A stretch of DNA of 64,000 nucleotides from an uncultured bacterium (GTDB lineage: Bacteria > Zixibacteria > MSB-5A5 > UBA10806). The stretch lies in NCBI GenBank assembly GCA_965541585.1, contig CBEUCH010000002.1:192001-256000 (forward strand), read 5' to 3'. Numbering within the stretch: position 1 is the stretch's first letter; each line of letters opens with the position of its first letter. A program made the translations under genes and the position numbers. Positions 58,632-64,000 of the stretch are shown piece by piece. The notes under the pieces were generated by a model. That model was not told where the DNA came from and made no database searches. It saw nothing but the letters and a program-made list of their open reading frames with translations.

Positions 58632-61172
58632 ATGTTCAGATTATTTGTGATTCTATTGTTCCTATCGAATTCGGTTCTGGCAAATGTTGTATTTGCCGAT
58701 CCTGTCAGGGAGCGAGATGAATTAGATTCTCTCACCGTTTTGAAGGTTTTGAAGTCAGAACAACTGGTAGGACTGCAAGCAGATAAAATTGTTGATCTTC
58801 TTTGTGACTTAAGCACTTCCTTTTCCCATCAAGCGCCATCGATTGACACGCCGGACAGGTTTTCACTTGTGATTCTGCACACAAACGATCGATTGGGCTA
58901 CCTCACGAACCTTTTCGATACCAGTGACTCACTTGTTCACAGGCCTATCATTATTGCCCACTTAGCGCAGAAAATCAGAGAATGCTTTCAAAAAGACTCA
59001 ACGGTAAAAGTTTTGCTATTGGATGCCGGAAACGCCATTGGTCCAAACCCACTTTCCGCTGATACTGCAGCACCAGGTGCCGGCACGAGAGCTATAAAAT
59101 CTCTTGAATGGGCAGGTTACGATGCAATGGCAATGGCGGTCCATGAGTTCGACTATGAAAATTTTCCATGGCTGACAAAGATAGAATCAAAACTTTCCGT
59201 GCTCTCGGCAAACGTTCATATCACGGAAGCCCCGCTAAAAGATCGTGCTGTTTCCCTGAAACCCAGCAAGACAATCACTCTGGATGGTATTTCTGATGGA
59301 AAAATTGTCATCGTTGGAGTCACAAGCTCGGATACAACAAATATCCTTGAGAGTCGTAGAAAGGGTTTGAAATTCACCAACCCGCTTAAAGCTTTGGAAG
59401 GATTGTTAAGTTCTCTAAAGAATAAGAACCCAAAACCAGTAGTCATAGTCCTGGGGAAATTAGATCATACGACAGAATCAAGATTGGCAAACGAATTTCC
59501 CGGTGTCCATGTAATCGTAGGTGGAGTAGGTCATAACGAGGGAAAATCTCCCGATCGTATGGAAGGACAGAGCTTCCTTATGGATGGCACGCCAATACTG
59601 TCTGCAAAGCCGTATTGCCTTTCTCTGGGCTTTTGCCATCTGACTTTCGAGAAATCTGCGACCAGTAATTCGGACTCGGTTTTTAAGATAACCAGAGGAT
59701 TTTTTGCATCCATACCGATAGTAGAAGACATGGTAGACACAGCTTCTCTTGATCCACAACTAAAAGAGGCGAATCATTACCTTAATGAGCGGACCCAAGA
59801 TCTTCTAGGAGAAAAAAGAAACCCGAAGGCCCCCGTAGCAACAGATACAATAAGGGAAGCTGGAGTCGTGGCTGAAATTATCAGACGGAGAATAAGGGCA
59901 CAGGTGTCATTGTTGAACAAAGACGCGCTGGACTTGACTGTTCCCTGGAAGAGTCGAGGAAAAACAAAAACCTATTTAATACGGGAAGGAGATAAGATTA
60001 CACCGGCTCATCTGGAAGTAATGTTTCCTTATCCGGACAAACTTATTACCCTTATGCTCTCCGGGGAAAATTTAAAAGCGGTTCTGGACAGATCTCAACA
60101 AAATGAGAAATCGCCGGCGGAACTGGTTTATGCCGGCGTAGAATGGGACAAAAGCAAAGCAACGTGGCTGGTGAATGACAGGCCGTTGAAAGATGATGAG
60201 ACCTACAAGGTGGTGACAAACAATTTCTTAGCCAGCGAAGGAGCGGGATACTCCCAGTTGAGGTCGGAGGATTTGGAGGGACCGGACGTGCGAAAAGAAG
60301 TAGAACTGTTTCTAAGCGATGAGGCTGATTACCCGCGATATGATTCAAAACGTTCTTTCGAGGAAGGATTCCTCAAAATCAATTATACTTTTGCGGGCAG
60401 CTTTTTGAGGAACCAGAGCTGGAATCATAATAGTTATACAGGCACAGTTCTTCCCTGGAAACCAGAGTATCAACTAACCTTTAAAGAATATATGCTCAGG
60501 GGGGATTTTAAAGCCACCTATGTCAAGGGCAAGAGCGATATTTCTCTGTCAATTACCGATTTTGACTACGATACCAGAATCCTGGCTGACAGTACCGATG
60601 TCAGAAGAGATGAGGCCACTCTAATATTAAAGTACGAACGCACGCGGGAATTAGGACTCGGTTCTGTGTTAATATCCCCATACACCGCTTACCAATATAT
60701 TCCTGATCTATCCGAGCTTTTTCGCAAACGAGCCTTTTTTGGCGATAATAGGATAGAGATTGGCGCATTCTTTTTCGATGATAAGGAGTGCTTAAAGGTC
60801 AAAGCAGCACCCCTGACGTTTCGATTGAACAAGGATACGACACCTTCGCCCTGGCAATATGGTTTTCTTATAGGACTTAATGTAAAGGAGAAACTACCGG
60901 AACCTCTGACGAAACTGATTCCTATCTTAACGTTAGAAGATACTAAGATTAACGTAGGCATAGAATTTTTCTGGTATTCTATTAAGGGGGGATTTATCAT
61001 ACAATCTGCGGACAAAGGAATAAGTATTCGTACTCCCCTTATATCGTCGATCCATCTTGACATGGGTTTTGATCTGCGTTTCTATTATAGCCGGGCGGTT
61101 GGTAAATGGAGCTACAATATCAGACCAACCCTTGAGATTAAATATGAGGGAATATCAAGAATCTTTAAGTAA
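58632..61172 (+). CDS. Secreted 5'-nucleotidase-like protein with degenerate metal site and probable C-terminal beta-barrel
   Basis: Signal peptide; HTNDRLG, LDAGN, AVHEFD, LSANV; 5'-nucleotidase C-domain (FPYPDKL..L.LSG..L, VVTNNFLA.EG.GY); aromatic-rich amphipathic C-terminal ~280 aa. Confidence 0.7.
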   Translation: MFRLFVILLFLSNSVLANVVFADPVRERDELDSLTVLKVLKSEQLVGLQADKIVDLLCDLSTSFSHQAPSIDTPDRFSLVILHTNDRLGYLTNLFDTSDSLVHRPIIIAHLAQKIRECFQKDSTVKVLLLDAGNAIGPNPLSADTAAPGAGTRAIKSLEWAGYDAMAMAVHEFDYENFPWLTKIESKLSVLSANVHITEAPLKDRAVSLKPSKTITLDGISDGKIVIVGVTSSDTTNILESRRKGLKFTNPLKALEGLLSSLKNKNPKPVVIVLGKLDHTTESRLANEFPGVHVIVGGVGHNEGKSPDRMEGQSFLMDGTPILSAKPYCLSLGFCHLTFEKSATSNSDSVFKITRGFFASIPIVEDMVDTASLDPQLKEANHYLNERTQDLLGEKRNPKAPVATDTIREAGVVAEIIRRRIRAQVSLLNKDALDLTVPWKSRGKTKTYLIREGDKITPAHLEVMFPYPDKLITLMLSGENLKAVLDRSQQNEKSPAELVYAGVEWDKSKATWLVNDRPLKDDETYKVVTNNFLASEGAGYSQLRSEDLEGPDVRKEVELFLSDEADYPRYDSKRSFEEGFLKINYTFAGSFLRNQSWNHNSYTGTVLPWKPEYQLTFKEYMLRGDFKATYVKGKSDISLSITDFDYDTRILADSTDVRRDEATLILKYERTRELGLGSVLISPYTAYQYIPDLSELFRKRAFFGDNRIEIGAFFFDDKECLKVKAAPLTFRLNKDTTPSPWQYGFLIGLNVKEKLPEPLTKLIPILTLEDTKINVGIEFFWYSIKGGFIIQSADKGISIRTPLISSIHLDMGFDLRFYYSRAVGKWSYNIRPTLEIKYEGISRIFK

Positions 61173-61357
61173 GGTTGTGAGCCGCCTGTTCGACTCTTGA
61201 TGAGATTGGACAGATAAGAAGGATAAATTGGGATACGGATTTTAGTTAGGTTTCTAACGATGCTATCAATCCCAGATTACCTTTGAAAAATAGGACCAAC
61301 CTAATGGCTCAGGCAAGACTTTGTATGTATAAAGCCAGGCGGTTATGTTGTTTTTAC

Positions 61358-63787
61358 TTACAGGCTCCACCAGTAACTGGCTTTTACAAGGAAGACATTC
61401 TCCGAATTGCCAGAGAACAGCCGATCGAGATCGCGGGAGAAATCGAGATCATTGAGATTGTCATCACCCTCTGACATTGCCCTGGTCCATACAAGGTAGA
61501 GCGTGCTGCCCGGCATATATTCCCAGCGGATTATAAAGGTCGAATTCAGTGCGGCGTAGTTGAAATCGTGCTCATCGACATCATATGGCTCGTAATTTTC
61601 GCCGCTGATGTATCGCCGGTAATTTTGATAATTGATTCCGGATATATACCCCTGGCCCGATATCTGGCAGGACAGATCGCGGGTCAACATGACACTTGCA
61701 GTTAATCTCAACTCCAACTCATCCTGGTCCATATCGGCAAAGATTGAATTATCATCGACGTTTTCCACCCATATAGCCGTTCCAAAGGTTCTTATGTAAT
61801 TCGTACCTATGGAGAATTCCATGTTGCTTGCGGGACGATACTCCACGCCAATCCAGTTAGCCCACCAGGAGCCATAGCGACTTTGCCCGCTGCCAGGATT
61901 AAGATTGAAGGATATCTTTTTGCGTTCGTCCGTATTTAAAGACGCCCACCAGCCCCATGAGGACGGTCTCTTCCAGACACCGTTATCACGAGTCTCCCGA
62001 TCGTCGTACTCCGCCAGTTGCATGTTGAAGCCGCCGCCAAGCGTCCAGTTATTAAGGAACTCGAAGAAGCTATTTACATTCCAGCCCTTATTTATATTAT
62101 AGCCATCGAAATTCCAGTCGGCATAGGTATTGAAATTATTCCAGGTGTTGCGGAAAATCCACCAATCATCGTTGGTGCGGTACTGCACCCAGAACCAGCC
62201 GCCCCGTTCATCATTTCGGCTCAGAAAGCCGAGGCGGTTCAGATCGAGATGTTTGTCTTTTATATTCATTCCGATCGAGCCACGGATATGATCTCCGGCC
62301 TCCTTTTCAAATTCGCCGTCGAAACCATACCCGACATTTTCATCGTCCACGCGGCTGAAAACGGCCTGTCCGCTCATACCCCATTTACCGTTCTTGGTTA
62401 GCAAATTCCAGTCAACGCCGCCCGTTGTGACAGGATTTCTTTCATTCTGGGCGGCCAGTGTAACCATCCCGCCGAAATTCGAGTTTGAGAGAACATCCTG
62501 CTGCAAGCGGAATACAGAATAGTTGGCAGCTGGTTCGACCATTCCATCAAGGTCACCGCCGGAGAGATTAGCGTACTTTGCTTTCTCCTCCTGTGTGACT
62601 GTATTAAGAAAAGCAATTGAGGTACCGCTGCTCAGCTTGCCGGTCAACTTGGCGGCGCCCAGTATTGTTGTGGATTTGGGATAATGAGTGTAATAGTCAA
62701 AGTCCGGATCATAGTGGTCGTTGTCCTCGTTATCGATATCGCCACGAGGTGGTCGCCCGATTCGGCGCGAATAGAATAATCCGAAACGGGTATCGAAAAG
62801 ATTGGCGCCCTCGACGAAGAACGGTCTTTTTTCCTCGTAATAGGTCTCGTAAGTTGAAAGGTTCAACACCGGGCGGTCAAGCTCCACCTGGCCGAAATCG
62901 GGATTGATGGCGGCGTCCAGGATAAGATTCGATGACAAGCCATACTTAACATCGAACCCGGTATTTTTCATATAATCCCGACCGTCGGGATTGCCCTGGT
63001 CCTTTGGCTGGGTTTCCAACCCGGAGACGGCATAAGGTAGGATTTCCAGTTGCCGTGCCGGCTTGATGCCGGTAAGGCCGGTGAGATGTCCGAAACGGGA
63101 AACAAAGCCGCCCTCGGACGACGGAGAAAACGCCCACCAGGGCGATTCGACTCTCCGGCTGATATAACGAGTGACATTCATTCCCCACGTATGTTCATCT
63201 TTCTCCGTGAATCGCAGGCAGTGGTAAGGAATGCGAAGCTCGGCCGACCACCCCCACGGTTGAGACTTGACTGCAGATTCCCAGACACCGTCCCAGGAAT
63301 AATCCTGCCAGTCGTCATTATATAAACGGCAATCACGCTGGACACCGGCAGCGCTTACGTCAAACTTGTAACCGGTCTGATGGTCATGATAAGGATCTAA
63401 ACGGACCGTTACGACATCCGATTCGCCCCAGCGGTCGCGTCGGACAAGCTGCCGGTCGATTTTATCCGGTTCAGCGTCAAAACACCAGAATGCAAAATAT
63501 AAGGCTTCATCGTCATAGGCTATCGCCACCAGGGTCGATTCGGTGGCGGGCATTCCCTCGTCCGGTTCACGCTGTATAAAATCCCGGGCGAATTCAATCT
63601 GATCGCTTTTCCAGATCTTATCATCGAGACTTCCATCAATCGACGGTACCGCAGGGTTAATGCGAAGCGCCTTTATCTCCGGAACGATTCTTTCATCCGA
63701 TGGATTATCATCCGCAAACGCCAGGTTGCTGCAGAAAAATATCAATGACAAAATCGATAGCCATAATAATCGATATCTACATGTCAT
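61358..63787 (-). CDS. CBM9-like sugar-binding domain plus DUF5916-type outer membrane protein
   Basis: Signal peptide; IDGSLDD, WSAELRIP, INPDFGQVE, EKRPFFVEG, FYSRRIG; terminal KASYWWSL. Confidence 0.8.
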   Translation of the reverse strand: MTCRYRLLWLSILSLIFFCSNLAFADDNPSDERIVPEIKALRINPAVPSIDGSLDDKIWKSDQIEFARDFIQREPDEGMPATESTLVAIAYDDEALYFAFWCFDAEPDKIDRQLVRRDRWGESDVVTVRLDPYHDHQTGYKFDVSAAGVQRDCRLYNDDWQDYSWDGVWESAVKSQPWGWSAELRIPYHCLRFTEKDEHTWGMNVTRYISRRVESPWWAFSPSSEGGFVSRFGHLTGLTGIKPARQLEILPYAVSGLETQPKDQGNPDGRDYMKNTGFDVKYGLSSNLILDAAINPDFGQVELDRPVLNLSTYETYYEEKRPFFVEGANLFDTRFGLFYSRRIGRPPRGDIDNEDNDHYDPDFDYYTHYPKSTTILGAAKLTGKLSSGTSIAFLNTVTQEEKAKYANLSGGDLDGMVEPAANYSVFRLQQDVLSNSNFGGMVTLAAQNERNPVTTGGVDWNLLTKNGKWGMSGQAVFSRVDDENVGYGFDGEFEKEAGDHIRGSIGMNIKDKHLDLNRLGFLSRNDERGGWFWVQYRTNDDWWIFRNTWNNFNTYADWNFDGYNINKGWNVNSFFEFLNNWTLGGGFNMQLAEYDDRETRDNGVWKRPSSWGWWASLNTDERKKISFNLNPGSGQSRYGSWWANWIGVEYRPASNMEFSIGTNYIRTFGTAIWVENVDDNSIFADMDQDELELRLTASVMLTRDLSCQISGQGYISGINYQNYRRYISGENYEPYDVDEHDFNYAALNSTFIIRWEYMPGSTLYLVWTRAMSEGDDNLNDLDFSRDLDRLFSGNSENVFLVKASYWWSL

Positions 63788-64000
63788 TTTGATCTCTCCC
63801 TCGCTGAAAGTTGACCGCCAACCATTTACTACACGTTATTTACGCAAATCGAAGCTGAAAGTTGCGTTTTTGGCAGCGAGCTTATGCATTGCCGGGGCGT
63901 TGCAAATGAATTGCGGGAAGGCCGATTGCGGCTGGCAGATCGGCAATATACGAGGTGGCAATGCTTGCTCGTCCGGCTTATATCGGCGCCCCCTCCGGTT

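Noticed and set aside
61245..61260. GTTAGG...CTAAC resembling an integron core site
   Set aside because: Boxes are in the wrong order and only a few nt apart; no attC-length palindrome
63955..63968. sigma54-like TGGCAATGCTTGC
   Set aside because: GG-to-GC spacing is 8 nt, not the required 10
1..64000. CRISPR arrays, tRNA/rRNA, IS/transposase, integrase, prophage
   Set aside because: No regularly spaced repeats or recognisable signatures seen by eye; short RNAs could be missed without covariance searches

Overview
Gene-dense bacterial window from a diderm organism. An IPTL-CTERM tail together with T9SS/Por-like C-terminal domains suggests the FCB group, e.g. Zixibacteria; this is inference only. 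(1) About 0.4-38 kb is an exosortase/EpsI-associated surface polysaccharide locus. It has GT2/GT4 glycosyltransferases, Wzx, a Wzy/O-antigen-ligase-like protein, a GT-C protein, an epimerase and many tailoring enzymes: an adenylation enzyme-AsnB-ACP-NadE module, CelD/BcsL GNATs, a CapK-like ligase, a deacetylase, SGNH proteins and methyltransferases. Secreted proteins are interspersed, and a lone FkbM gene is bounded by integron attC/core-site signals. (2) 38.5-44.2 kb holds DinB, YdeI, a lipoprotein, a TonB-dependent receptor and a GNAT. (3) 44.3-58.2 kb is a 16-gene, tightly coupled trpEGDCFBA-aroH-aroF-tyrA-aroA-aroE-aroC-aroK-aroB-aroQ superoperon. It is preceded by an unannotated 29-aa leader peptide (core YYWWYGYKY) and complete 1:2 / 2:3 / 3:4 attenuator pairings, consistent with a dual Tyr/Trp-sensing attenuator. 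(4) The end holds a degenerate 5'-nucleotidase fused to a probable beta-barrel, and a CBM9/DUF5916-type protein. Best findings: the Tyr/Trp attenuator, two paralogous secreted proteins with different sorting tails (IPTL-CTERM vs T9SS-like CTD), the solitary attC cassette, and the ACP-dependent amide-ligase module. No rRNA, tRNA, CRISPR, integrase or transposase was recognised.
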